Below are positions 1 through 11,785 of a stretch of DNA of 64,000 bases, piece by piece. Both the position numbers and the translations under genes were made by a program. Location of the stretch: NCBI GenBank assembly GCA_003344405.1, contig NOWV01000110.1:62001-126000 (forward strand), given 5' to 3'. Position 1 is the stretch's first letter. Each line of letters begins with the position of its first letter. Below the pieces are notes generated by a model, which was given only the letters and a program-made list of their open reading frames with translations, searched no databases and was not told the origin of the DNA. The DNA comes from Trichoplax sp. H2. Lineage: Eukaryota.

Positions 1-130
1 GATTATTCACGACTATCTGTATCTCTTACACGCTTCTCATAAGCTCAATAAAGATAATCTAAGCTCAACTATTATTGAATATGTCTATTGAAAGTCCCTC
101 ACTAACTACTGAAACTACATCACCACATAT

Positions 131-368
131 TGAAAGCACATTAAACCTTTAAATCGTTGCTTATGGTGATTTTGTTAGACACATTGCTTTCTTTAACAAC
201 TTTTTCCCAAATTTTCGTACCGTATTAACTGAATGATTTTCAAGTAACAGGCAAAATTTTCGAAAATCACTATTGTCACGCTTGTCTCGTAATATGCTTG
301 AAAGCTCCGCTGCTTTATCTTCTTTATGAATCATGTTTTTAATATCAGTAACCTCTCTGGAACTCAAA
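131..368. repeat. Near-identical copy of 552-789 (3' part of CARD exon), ending at an N-gap
   Basis: Direct repeat at offset 421 with about 2 substitutions; N-run at 369-388. Confidence 0.9.
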
Positions 369-388
369 NNNNNNNNNNNNNNNNNNNN
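369..388. other. Assembly gap (20 N)
   Basis: Run of N. Confidence 1.
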
Positions 389-581
389 TCTAAGGTTGTA
401 ACTGCAAGTTAATGTCAAAATACTTTAGATTGTGTGCACTTTGAGTGTTGCATGTTATTATATCATTTTTATACCTATATTTTAAATTATTTTTATATTT
501 ATATCAAAAAATATAATTGCTATGTTTTTAGTAATTTTATTGACTGTATACTGAAAGCGCATTAAACCTTTAAATCGTTGC

Positions 582-922
582 TTATGGTGATTTTGTTAGA
601 CACATTGCTTTCTTTAGCAACTTTTTCCCAAATTTTCGTACCGTATTAACTGAATGATTTTCAAGTAACAGGCAAAATTTTCGAAAATCACTATTGTCAC
701 GCTTGTCTCGTAATATGCTTGAAAGCTCCGCTGCTTTATCTTCTTTATGAATCATGTTTTTAATATCAGTAACCTCTCTGGAACTCAAAATACCCTTTGA
801 TTTTAACGGCTCTACTAATTCATCTACAGGAACTATCCGAATAAAGTCCTTGTTATATGTATCTAGGGCTTTTTTTACTTGTAATTTCGATATCGATTCA
901 CATTCCTCTTCTTCGGATGATC
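582..922 (-). CDS. CARD (death-fold) terminal exon
   Basis: VDELVEPLKSKGILSSREVTDIK...EDKAAELSSILRDKRDNSDFRKFCLLL fits the CARD helical pattern. Acceptor cgtag|GA at 923 is in phase 1 with the COR exon donor. Confidence 0.8.
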
Positions 923-3900
923 CTACGCAACATAACGCCAAAGTAATAAAGAATTAGTATTATTAATGCTATTATGATCGTAATTTAAGCTAGGATTAAA
1001 GTCATGATCGCGTTAAAATCTTTCAAATTCATTTTTGAGATTTCAATTACGTAAATTATTTCGTTTATAAACAGATAACAGAATTCAAATAATGTATCGC
1101 TATTAAGGGAAGTACCTTTAATTTGCGGTAATAGACAGTTGGAATTTAACACAAATTAGTAAATTGTCTATCAATACAAGTTTCAATGGCAGTTTGTCAC
1201 AAATGCATTAAACTTGAGGGATTAATCATAGTAGGTTTTCTTTTTTTGGAGGTCTAAATTTTTAGTCTGAGTAAATTGTTGGAGAATTTTAGACTAGATC
1301 ACTACAGAAAAATTTTTTCGCTGTATTGTAGGAAGAAAGGTCAACTATAGCCTAGTAGCCAATTAATATTTATTCTTATGTCAGAATTTCATAGATAAAC
1401 ATTGACATTGCAGGCTATAGCAATCGTGAGTTTTATTTTATAATGATTCAACCTCATTCAACCTTATGCATCAATGCATCAACTATGAAATTTAGAAAGC
1501 TGATGTTTGAATGAACGTCTACAGATTTATTCATAGTAATCCCTGCTTTATTCTCTTTTAAAATTGTCAAGAGCATATCAAGTAACTAATCATACGCTTA
1601 AATCGTTTAAAATTATTTCATTAGGAATTTTACAAGCATCAAGGCACACTGCTTGTTCTATTTTCCTAGTTGTATTTACGTTTGTGAAAGATTTCCAAAT
1701 TGTTTTCTGTACCGCATAATGCATGTGTAAATTAAGAACATTTAAGATCTAGTAGTCAGAGACTACTTGACTGATCAAAAAACTTTTATATTTATATTCT
1801 TCGTTACAAAGTACAGGAGTTTTCACCATAGAAGCAGTTAGAAAAGCTTATTCGTGTAATAGATGAAGCCTAACTGTAAATAAATTCAGCTACCTGTACA
1901 TTTCGGTATTACGGGCTTTTATAAAAATAATATTTTTTATTACTTTATAGGAATATTCCTCACCAGTTTCACTAGCTATTCTTTCATTTCCATTCATCAT
2001 CCAATCACATACCGCTTTCGATTTANNNNNNNNNNNNNNNNNNNNTTTTGCAATGGCTCGGCAGCTTTAAGAATGACGTGAAAATAAAAAAGTTTAATCG
2101 ACAGAACCTATGACTGACAATTCAATGTTTCTCCTTTTAATTTTAATGCCAAATTTTAACTGTAAATATCACTATTGTTCTTATCTCTCTTAACACTTTA
2201 AATCCAAAATGATAAAACTAAAGAAAAATTTCAGTTAGCTTTGTAAGAGTTTTAACAAAATTCTTATTGCGGAATACAGTAGATGTACCGTAATAAATGC
2301 AACTTTTGAAAATACTCGTATACAGTTTTAAGCACAAGTTAGCAAATTTATAAATATCAAAGGTATAAAAATATCGACATCTATAAAGTTTACTGTTAAC
2401 TCCCATATCTAGAAAGTATGTTCACTAAGATAATCTAGCATTGAATTTTCTTTTAATATATTGCCTTGTATGTTAGACTATGTACTATTCATCGTACTAC
2501 GTAAATGCTATGTATCTTAATTATGGTTGGTGTCATTTAGAACTGTTTGATCTCATTCCTAAGTTTAAATAATTATGTACAATTAACACAGTATAGTCAC
2601 AGTCCGATTTTGGATGTAAAAAACGGCACACTGCTTGTTCTATTTTCCTATTTGTATTTACGTTTGTGAAAGATTTCCAAGCTGTTTTCTGTACCGCATA
2701 ATGCATGTGTAAATTAAGAACATTTAAGATCTGGTAGTCAGAGACTACTTGACTTATCAAAAAATTTTCATATTTATATTCTTAATTACAAAGTACAGGA
2801 GTTTTCACCATAGTAGCAGTTAGAAAAGCTTATTCGTGTAATAGATGAAGCCTAACTGTAAATAAATTCAGCTACTTGTACATTTCGGTATTACGGGCTT
2901 TTATAAAAATAATATTTTTTATTACTTTATAGGAATATTCCTCACCAGTTTCACTAGCTATTCTTTCATTTCCATTCATCATCCAATCACATACCGCTTT
3001 CGATTTAAAAACCTTTCCACATTTCTCTTGGTCACATCGAATAAATTCTGGACTCAGCATCGATGGAATATCGACCATTTCTACTATTTCACTGCAATAA
3101 GAGCATTTGACGTAAAATCTACTTTTAGCTCTCTTAAATTTTGGCATTCGTTCATGAATAATCTGGTCCAATTGATCCTGGACTTCGAAGGGTAGTCGTG
3201 CTTCACTAATCCAATTAAAGATATTCTTCTTAATATGTTCTGCTGCGTCGGGCGGATCTTTCTGATAGCAATAGATTAAGCCAATGTAAGATTCTTCTTT
3301 CTTAAGAATAATCTGATATGGATATTTTGGCATGACGTATATTGCACATCGATAACTAGTTTTTACTTGTGTAACATTCCAAAGTTTTAAACAGGCTGAT
3401 AAATGGCAATAAAATATGCCATCAGGAATATAGGGTATAATATCTTTATTGTATCCAATGTAAAGCCAATCTGATGTACAGTAATCATTTAAATCTAGAT
3501 CATCAGTAAGTGGATCGAGTAAATAAGGTACAAAATATTTTTGAGGACATTTTTTAATATCCTGGCCACTAGATTCGTCCTCGATTTTACAGATAATGTT
3601 ATAACTGTCCATTAACTGTATTAAAAATTCTTTCTCAATCTCTTTCAACTCAAATTCGGTCGCCACGCTATTAATGCATACTTCAGACATTATGCCAGTT
3701 CGATGAGCTTGATTATAACATTCTATTACATTAGCATTAGTAAATTTGTGATCATCAAGCTTAATAATTGATCGAAATATACTGAGTAGCCAATCAAGAT
3801 TAGTTACAACCATTTCTTCTACGCCTTTCTTCTGACAAAAGACAATATCACCTATATCATGTAAATATAATAGCATACTGCGTAATTTCTTGTCGCTTTC

Positions 3901-6900
3901 ATATAATTCGCAATCTTTAGCTAATTGTTTCACCTCTTCAAATGTCATAATATTATGAATTCTATTTATTGTGTTACTGAATTCTGTTTGTGATGCAGCT
4001 AGTCTGCTTGCATCATCGGCTGAAGTATGTAATATCGATGCCATGAGATACCATCGAATTGGAATTTTTTCTTTCATAAACGGTAAACTAAGGGCGAATT
4101 GCTTTATTAACTCATGTAATTGTAATGTAGTCTGTTTACGCTGTTCAATAGCCGCTTGGGAATCATCGTTGGAATCATATTGGAAGATAATGCCAGAACA
4201 GCACAGGTTGGATTTGTATGCAGATAATGTCTGAATAATAGAATCCCTAAATGCCTTAAATCTACTCTCGCGTTCTTCATCGTCTTTAATTTTATCACCA
4301 TGCGATGCTATCAAGATAACAACTGGTAAACAATACTCTTCCTTTTTACCATTAATTTCTACTTCAATAGTCTCATCGCCATCATGGCTGCCTATGGTTG
4401 ATGTAAGCCATTCCTGCATAGCATGTCTATAAGTCATATTAGTCTTCTTTCCTTGCCTGTCAATAACATAATCGTCGAATTTATGGGTAATATTAAAAAC
4501 TAAAATATATATACTGTTTCCTGATAGAAATGGACGATGTGTAACATGATAAACAGCTTGACCTCCAAAATCGACTAATTTACCATATTGACTGTCATCG
4601 CTTTGTACCTTGCCTTTTAAATCAGTAACAGATCGCATGAAATCTTCGTAAATTAAAATTTTGTGAAACTTTGTCTTTGTAGATACCGTAGATAAAGCAG
4701 TGTCGGTAAAATGATCTACGTTTATTGCACTATTAGTTCTGACGTTATTTGACAATGTACTTATATTCGTCGTCAGTAATTGACGATCTATGTGCATAAG
4801 TTGGATATTTTGACTTGCGTCAGGTGAAATTTTCAACGTCTTTTTGAATTTCTCTATTACCGCTAACACTTTCCCATATAATACTAATCGTAAACTATCA
4901 ATTTTCTTGTCCAAAATATTATATGTAATGAAATTGATATATCTGCCAGTGTTATCCATGATCTGAGTTTGTGTTATGCCAATAGTGACTTCCTCATTTG
5001 TAAAGATGTTCATAATGGTCGTTTTACCCACATTTTCTGGACCGCTAAAAACAATTTTAGTGAAATCATTGCGACATTCCCCATCTTGTAGAGCTTCATT
5101 ATAAGCAGCTAGATATTCTTTATTATTGACGTCTAAATGAACATGAATTAAACTTATTTACTTCATCTAAGGATAGCTGTTAATGTATATTAACACGTTG
5201 CCAATTTCTATAACAGGTAAATATATATACTCTACAATTGAAACTAAAGTTTGACTTTATAGGAAAATTAATTATTATAAGAATAAATCTATGCAATAAG
5301 AAATATAAATTTTGATATTTGTCAAAGTAACTCTGACATGGATTATTCATCAAGATTGATTGTCGTATCATCAATTTTTAGCAACATAAAGTAGCTATTT
5401 GAAGTATTCACAGTTTAAGTAGCGTTATTCTTGGGAACATATAAAATTAGTGCAATTACGAAGGCATAAATGAGATCGACAATTTCATCGCAATACTTGA
5501 GATAAAAATGAGAATAATAATCAGTAATAATAGTTGATAGACAAGCATAAATATTTCTTTACCTTCGGAAGGTAGAGAACTTTCGTTTCTTCTATCTATA
5601 TTTGGGGCGTTGAAGCTACCTTGTATTTAGCAATTAATGAGCCAATACAACATACAACAATTTAGACTTTTATCCACGAATTATAATTAACTAAAACAAC
5701 AAAATTACCTTGGAAAATTTTCATAGCATAATTCGATAATAATGGGTCAGATTGAGCTTCTAGTAACAAATCGTTAAGAGTCTTTACGATTTTATTTTGT
5801 TTTTGATGACATAGCGTTGCTCTTAATACTATCAAATGATCTTGTGACGGATTTTTCTTTTGCCAAAGACGTAGCATCTTATTAGCTAAAGCCGATCTAT
5901 TACTTCCACGATGATCTAGTTGTTGAATACTTGTATATTGAATATCGTCATCACAAATATTTAAATTTCTTGCTAGCTGCATCCATTCATCTCCAATTTC
6001 ATTTGCAATAATGGAAAAGCACTTTTCTACAGTGCAATGTAAAGTACCATAAGGTTAAATGTGGCTGTTTTAGGGATGTTTATTACTCAAAGACCGCGTT
6101 TCCATTAATCATTATTTAATTTTCATACTTTATTGGCTATAATGATTGTTTCATAAGAGTAATGACTATACAATAAATTTGAATCATTCTTCTATACGTA
6201 AACGTTAATTATATCAACAAGGAAAGTTTCCTCCTTATAACTAACCATTGAAATCATCGATAGCCGCTTCTTCTTTATTTCTAGACTGGTTGATAGATTT
6301 ATCTTCAGGTTTTTCGCTATGTTGGCCAAGCTCTACAGTAGAATCTACAGCAACATCAGTGTTAAAAACAATTTTTGTTGAAAGTAATGATTTCAAGTAA
6401 CGAAATATCTGTATTTTTATTTTATCTTTATAGACTCGAGCATTTTAATAACGACTACCGTAATTTATTTAAAATAATTTCATCGAACTATATCTACTCT
6501 AACATACTGTTCGCGTATGAATTGAAATGAACTTCCATTTACATGTATATTATTTTAAAATTTATTTTCTATCGGAGCTGACATTGAAATTTGAAGCTTA
6601 TTTTAGTGACAATTATCGGAGAATAAATAGAACTATCTAGTTACACATCTAATATAATAGTAATGATTTTTTCAGAAATTGCTTAACCTTTGAGAAGTAA
6701 TTTTTATGAAGCGTTCTTGTTACTGTTTACTGATTGATAGCAAGTACCAGTAAAGAACAATTAAGTTATAGTTATCGAAAATAGCATAATATGAAGCTGT
6801 AGTGCAGCCCCAAATATAGCTTGGATTGTGATTGAAAGACTGTACGAGAATAGTATTACTCGTAGGTTAGATTGTGTGATTTTGAAGATATCTATTTGTA

Positions 6901-9900
6901 GAAGAGGTTCACAATACGTGTTGTCTAGATATTATTGAGATGTTTATGTTAAGATTTCATGATAATAATAGAGGTAGCACTAATTATATTAGTACTGTGA
7001 GAGTTGCATTGTGATGCTTTAATTAGACATGTGAATGATAAATAGCTCGCGCGATGGTAAACTGTTATCTTGCGACTTAATTGGTAAGATATGAATTTAA
7101 TGTGTAAAATTCATTCTGTAACAAAGGGTATATAAATCACGAGCTTTCGCTGTAATTCATATAGTCCTATTGTAGCTAGGTAGTTCTTGGTAGTTGTGAG
7201 ACGAACCTAATCTATGTAATAATGTAAATTTACTAGAAACCGAAATTTGTTTTATTAATAAGATTATTTTATCACAGCAACAAAAAATTGAAAGATCTTG
7301 TTTATAGATCAAAATATTGATCACACCAGATTGCAATATTTACGATATTGAAACACGATGCAGTTTTCTTTACTGGCGATAAGTAACATTTTTTACAAAT
7401 TCTTTGTCACAAATGTGCATGTTATTGTCGAAACAAATCATGAGAATGTGAGGTTGATAGATCAAGAATCTTCAAAACTTTAGAAAATTAAGATTTATTG
7501 AACAAAACCTCCTTTACTAAGATACAGCGTAATCGATTAGCTGAGGACCTCTAACGAGAAAGAACTAACTTAATATAATAAACTACTCGCTTATATACCT
7601 TTCCGCATTTACAGTCTTAGCACCTTACTTACTACACACTTCGGTATTAGCATCTCAAATACAGGCTAGTTTACACCTTTCATGTGAAGCTCTAGTGTGA
7701 ACACTGTAGCGCTCCTCTTCAAAAGGATTACAGCTACTAAGCTAGCTATACTTATTACTTAAGCTTCTAACGAGTATATCTATCACATGTTGAACACAAC
7801 ACCTACGGTAGACATTACTAAATATATCATCAACTTAGAATACAATATTACACTGTCTTACAGAGAAATAGAACTGTACTAGAAAGTAAAAGTTAGAGGA
7901 TAGATATTTCTCACGTTAAATTATCATTTTTTGTCATGATGATTTATACAATGTAGATTATAAACGATATTGTGAATATAAGCATAATGTACGGTTAACT
8001 ATACAGGTATCTAGCTTTGTGCAGTAACTAGCTACAAAAGTTCGGTGTTGTGATATTTTCAATCAAGGGCTGCTAATTATGTTGATAGTTTTTAATAAAT
8101 ATTTGTGTTATAAATTATTACCTGAGAATAAAAACTATTATAATATAGTTTTAATTTATTATTATATAAGGATATTGCGATATAATTTTGTTACGTCTCA
8201 GTGATATCTTATTTCATGTACTACTGCCCTATCTATGTAATGCAAAATACGGCGCATACGGTGCCTTATCAAGATATACTCTCACTAAAGTCGAATCCTT
8301 GACAAATATTATATTAAATGAGTATGTTTGGAATTCAAAATCGGCTTGTCTTTGAAATATACATGTTTAATTTATCTTTAACTAATAATGGTAATAACAA
8401 GACGTTCTTTGTTGTAGTAGATGGGCTGATATCCATCTCAAGTATGGTGATAATATACTATCTTCAGGCATAAATGGTAGTCTTCTTACAGTGCTAATAA
8501 CTTTCATACGATCATAACCTTTAACAATACATACTACCGTATGTATTGTTAAAAAATGCATCATTAAGTAAATTGTGGATTTGTTGTTGGTTAAATAAAA
8601 TGTCTGTGGCTTTATTACTAGTCAATGATGATATAGTTTAGTTTTAAAAGAATTATTTGAAGTTGAAAGTTTAGAATCGGACTTTGCATCAATAAATATA
8701 TGAGTGGTCTGTTAGTTAGACTAAGATCATTTAGAAGTCTTTCTTTTCAAACGTAGTCGCCATTGCCGCAAGAATATTATCGCCTATATGTCACACACCA
8801 CTAGTGACAAAGTAGTCTACACACGCCAATCCTTGCGGAGAACGCCACTTACTAACTTAAAGAGGCGAGATTAGCTATATCACCAACTAATTCAGTTCCA
8901 ACAACCGAATACTATGGTATAATTATAGCGTCACAGATGATGTAGACGAGATAGTCAGAGATTTACTATCATTTATTACTGAAGGAATCTTGGCACCCAA
9001 GATTATAGTCTTCACAATTAAATATCAATTGAAAACTAGTTGACTATCTAACCGACTAACGAACTAAAAAGGAATCTTCAGGCATCAGCCTTTTATAGTC
9101 TCGTCAGAAACTCCTGGTAACTATAGCTTAGCTTAAGATCATAAAATTGTACGCCAATAGATTAACTTGTAGATTTTAACACTGTGTAAGTGACTATTTG
9201 CCGAAGATTGTACTAGTAGCACTACGTAGAATGGCAATTGATATGTTAGTTGAATTTTGATTCATGCTGGGAACTCGCGGTTAAGAAATGAGTATTGACA
9301 GAATATTATCTTGTTGGCGACTTGATAAAAGAATAGTTTGATCTACTGTACAGTGTTACGCTAACTTACCTTTGCTTTGCTGGCCGCTATTATTGTATAT
9401 TCCGTCTGCAATTTTTTGCCCAGCTTTATTTTCTATTGGCAAAAAAATCGCGATGAGAATACATTGAATAGATAAAAAATTAGTATCGTAACTTTCCAAG
9501 ATAGAAATCACCTTGTAATGCAGGATTAGTAACCACTGGTTGATAGACTGCATCTTGCTGTAAAGAATGATGAATCATTTTGGATGTTGGTTGCGTTGCA
9601 GCGATTGGTCCGTTTTCTTGTAGTCTATCGAAACATTGATTAATTTGTTCTTTAAGTTGGATGATTTGAGCATCATCTTTTCCATAAAGATTGTCTAGAT
9701 TTTCAATGGACTTTTCATAGTACTTAATTGCGTTATGATAGTTAGACTGTCGGTAATAAACCTCGGCTATAACTCCATAGACTTTAGCTGTACAAGGATG
9801 GCTTTGATCAAGTGTTGCTAAGTGGATTTGCAATGCCTTGTTCAATATAGATAAAGCATCATAATACTTGCCTTGATGAGCATAAGTGAGTCCAATGCTG

Positions 9901-11090
9901 AGATACGTTACGGCAACCAGAAGATGATTGGGACCAAGTTGTGCTTTTTCAATGTTCAGCGATTTTTTGAACATAAATAGAGCATAATCATACTTGCCTA
10001 GATTAGAATATACTTGTCCAATGCGACTATATGTTCCGGCAACATCACAATGATTGTCACCAAGCGGTGCTAGTTTAATTTTCAGCGATTTGTTATTCAT
10101 AGATAGAGCATCATCATGTTTGCCTTGATTAGAATAGACTTGTCCAATGCTTTTATAGGTTGCGGCAACGCCAGGATGATTATCATCAAGATATGCTAGT
10201 TTAATTTTCAGCGACTTGTTATACATAGATAGAGCATCATTGTACTTGCGTTGCTTATAATAAACTAGTCCAATATTGTGATATGTCACGGCAACGTCAG
10301 GATGATTGTCACCAAGTTGTACTCGTTTAATCTTAAGCGATTTATTATACATAGATAGAGCCTCATCATAGTTGCATTGATTAAAATAGACTAGTCCAAT
10401 GTTGTTATATGTTGCAGCAACATCACAATGATTGTCTACACGTTGTGCTAGTTGAATCTCCAACGACTTGTGATACATAGATAGAGCATTATCATAGATG
10501 CCTTGATTAGAATAGACTTGTCCAATGTTATAATATGTTACAGCAATGTCGGAATGACAGTCACCAAGTTTTGCCAGTTTAATTTTCAGCGACTTGTCAT
10601 ACATAGATAGAGCATCATCATACTTCCCTTGATAATAATAGACTTGTCCAATATATTCATAGGAGATGCTAGCACTAATATCTCCGCTTTCTAATGAATT
10701 CAATCTTATTTCAAGTGATTTATTATAATCACTTAAAGCCCCTTTCAAATTACCTAGCAATTGCTTAATGCGTCCCTCGACGTGGAAGCACATACAAATC
10801 TTTACTTCATCTCGTAATTTTTTAGCCAATTCCTCTGCTTTTCTAACCCATTTATCAGCTTCCATTAATTCACCTATTTTTAAATAACAATCAGTCATAA
10901 CGTAATAAGTATCGTATTCAAGTTGATAAATATCATCACTACTACTGGATGTCGATTTCATATAGGTTAAAGCTTGTTCACAATGATGCAATGCTCCTTG
11001 ATAGTCGCCTTCATTTTGGTTTTTCACGCCCTTTTCCAAAATTGATTTTATTTGCTCAAGATTAGTCGATTTGCTAGACTTTTCTGCCAT
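582..11090 (-). CDS. Predicted multi-exon TPR-Death-Roc-COR-CARD (ROCO family) protein, ~1539 aa; exons 11090-9512, 9432-9370, 6344-6246, 6026-5709, 5595-5563, 5132-2946, 922-582
   Basis: Every junction is GT-AG and phase 1. Internal exon lengths (63, 99, 318, 33, 2187 nt) are multiples of 3, and the total of 4620 nt is open to the TAA at 582-584. The joins from 6344 down to 582 are well supported. The TPR-to-Death join crosses a 3-kb intron and is less certain. Confidence 0.65.
1643..2025. repeat. Near-identical copy of 2625-3007 (end of COR exon plus intron), ending at an N-gap
   Basis: Direct repeat at offset 982 with roughly ten substitutions; N-run at 2026-2045. Confidence 0.9.
2026..2045. 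other. Assembly gap (20 N)
   Basis: Run of N. Confidence 1.
2946..5132 (-). CDS. Roc GTPase + COR domain exon (729 codons)
   Basis: G1 GPENVGKT (5020-5043), G2 TIGI, G3 DFGGQ followed by YHVTHRPFLS (4558-4572), G4 variant SHGD (4294-4305). COR hallmarks include IPIRW, LLYLHDIGDIVF, V..NLDWL and YFVPYLL. Confidence 0.92.
5709..6026 (-). CDS. Death-domain exon
   Basis: Translates as KCFSIIANEIGDEWMQLARNLNICDDDIQ...ANKMLRLWQKKNP...VLRATL, matching the death-domain pattern (G-x-x-W-x-x-LAR-x-L ... ML-x-x-W). Bounded by acceptor tag| at 6027 and donor |gtaat at 5708. Confidence 0.88.
6798..7276 (+). mobile_element. Possible degenerate solo LTR
   Basis: TGTAGT...ATCACA termini and an internal TATATAAA near 7130. 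The first ~57 bp recur at 29282-29340. The TSD is not clean (gaagc/gcaac). Confidence 0.4.
7447..7862 (-). mobile_element. Solo LTR-like element (416 bp)
   Basis: Termini TGTGAG...CTTACA flanked by a perfect 5-bp duplication GAGAA. Minus-strand TATATAAG (7590-7597) is followed by AATAAA (7494-7499). Its end resembles the reverse complement of the end of the 22961-23512 element. Confidence 0.7.
8789..9300 (-). mobile_element. Possible degenerate solo LTR
   Basis: TGTCA...TGACA inverted termini. Minus-strand TATAAAAG (~9090-9097) is followed by AATAAA (~8972-8977). Shares the motif gc(c/t)ttttatagtctcg with the 11786-12402 element. TSD poor. Confidence 0.35.
9512..11090 (-). CDS. TPR-repeat exon: about 3 divergent TPRs, then about 8 kinesin-light-chain-type 42-aa TPRs
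   Basis: ORF 9480-11090. The motif catagatagagc recurs every 126 nt at 10602, 10476, 10350, 10224, 10098, 9972 and 9846. Consensus DDALSMYNKSLKIKLAxLGDNHxDVAxTYxNIGxVYxNQGKY. Donor CAAG|gtgatt at 9512/9511. Confidence 0.92.
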
Positions 11091-11785
11091 ATTTGAGATT
11101 TAGTATAACAGTATGCAAGAAGTATGCCGCTTAGATAAAAGACCAAGACTCTCTTCTGAATTGACTAAGACCTTAATAGCTATACAAAGAAAGAATGCAG
11201 TTGATGTATGTCTATATCTAAATTAGACGTCTTCCACTTTATGTCAAGATATTGAAGTTTGCTTTATAATAAACTCAATAGATTAAATAGAGTCGCCGTA
11301 ATCAGCTAACGATCAACAACCATGCGTACAGTAAATTATTCTCTTAATATTAATAGGCATCAAATTGATTACGCTCCTTACGTATGATTGTCTTTCTATC
11401 AACACTTTTTAAACGTTAGTAATCTACGTCATGTAAAGATACAATTGTAAGCTCACTTATTAGCATATCATTGGCATAAAATCAGTCAATCGGTCGCATT
11501 TTATAAATGTAAAATTATTTTGAACATAAATAAAACATGACCATCACAACAGTACTATACCTATTCATGTCGATATTGCATATATCATAGCCAATAAATT
11601 GTACTACAGGTAAATATCATTTAGCTCAGTTCAACTCAAATTACTTTCGGTGCCTTCCACTAATGATCATCCTCATCTTACAAAGATATCAATCATCAAC
11701 ATTCTCTCGGTCAATTTTAAATCAAATTTATATTGGTATCCAACAATCCAATTTATGATTTAATGCAAAGAATTTAATTACCATA

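Noticed and set aside
161-418. 85-aa ORF resembling a second CARD gene
   Set aside because: It spans an N-gap, its N-terminus comes from unrelated sequence, and the rest duplicates 582-789.
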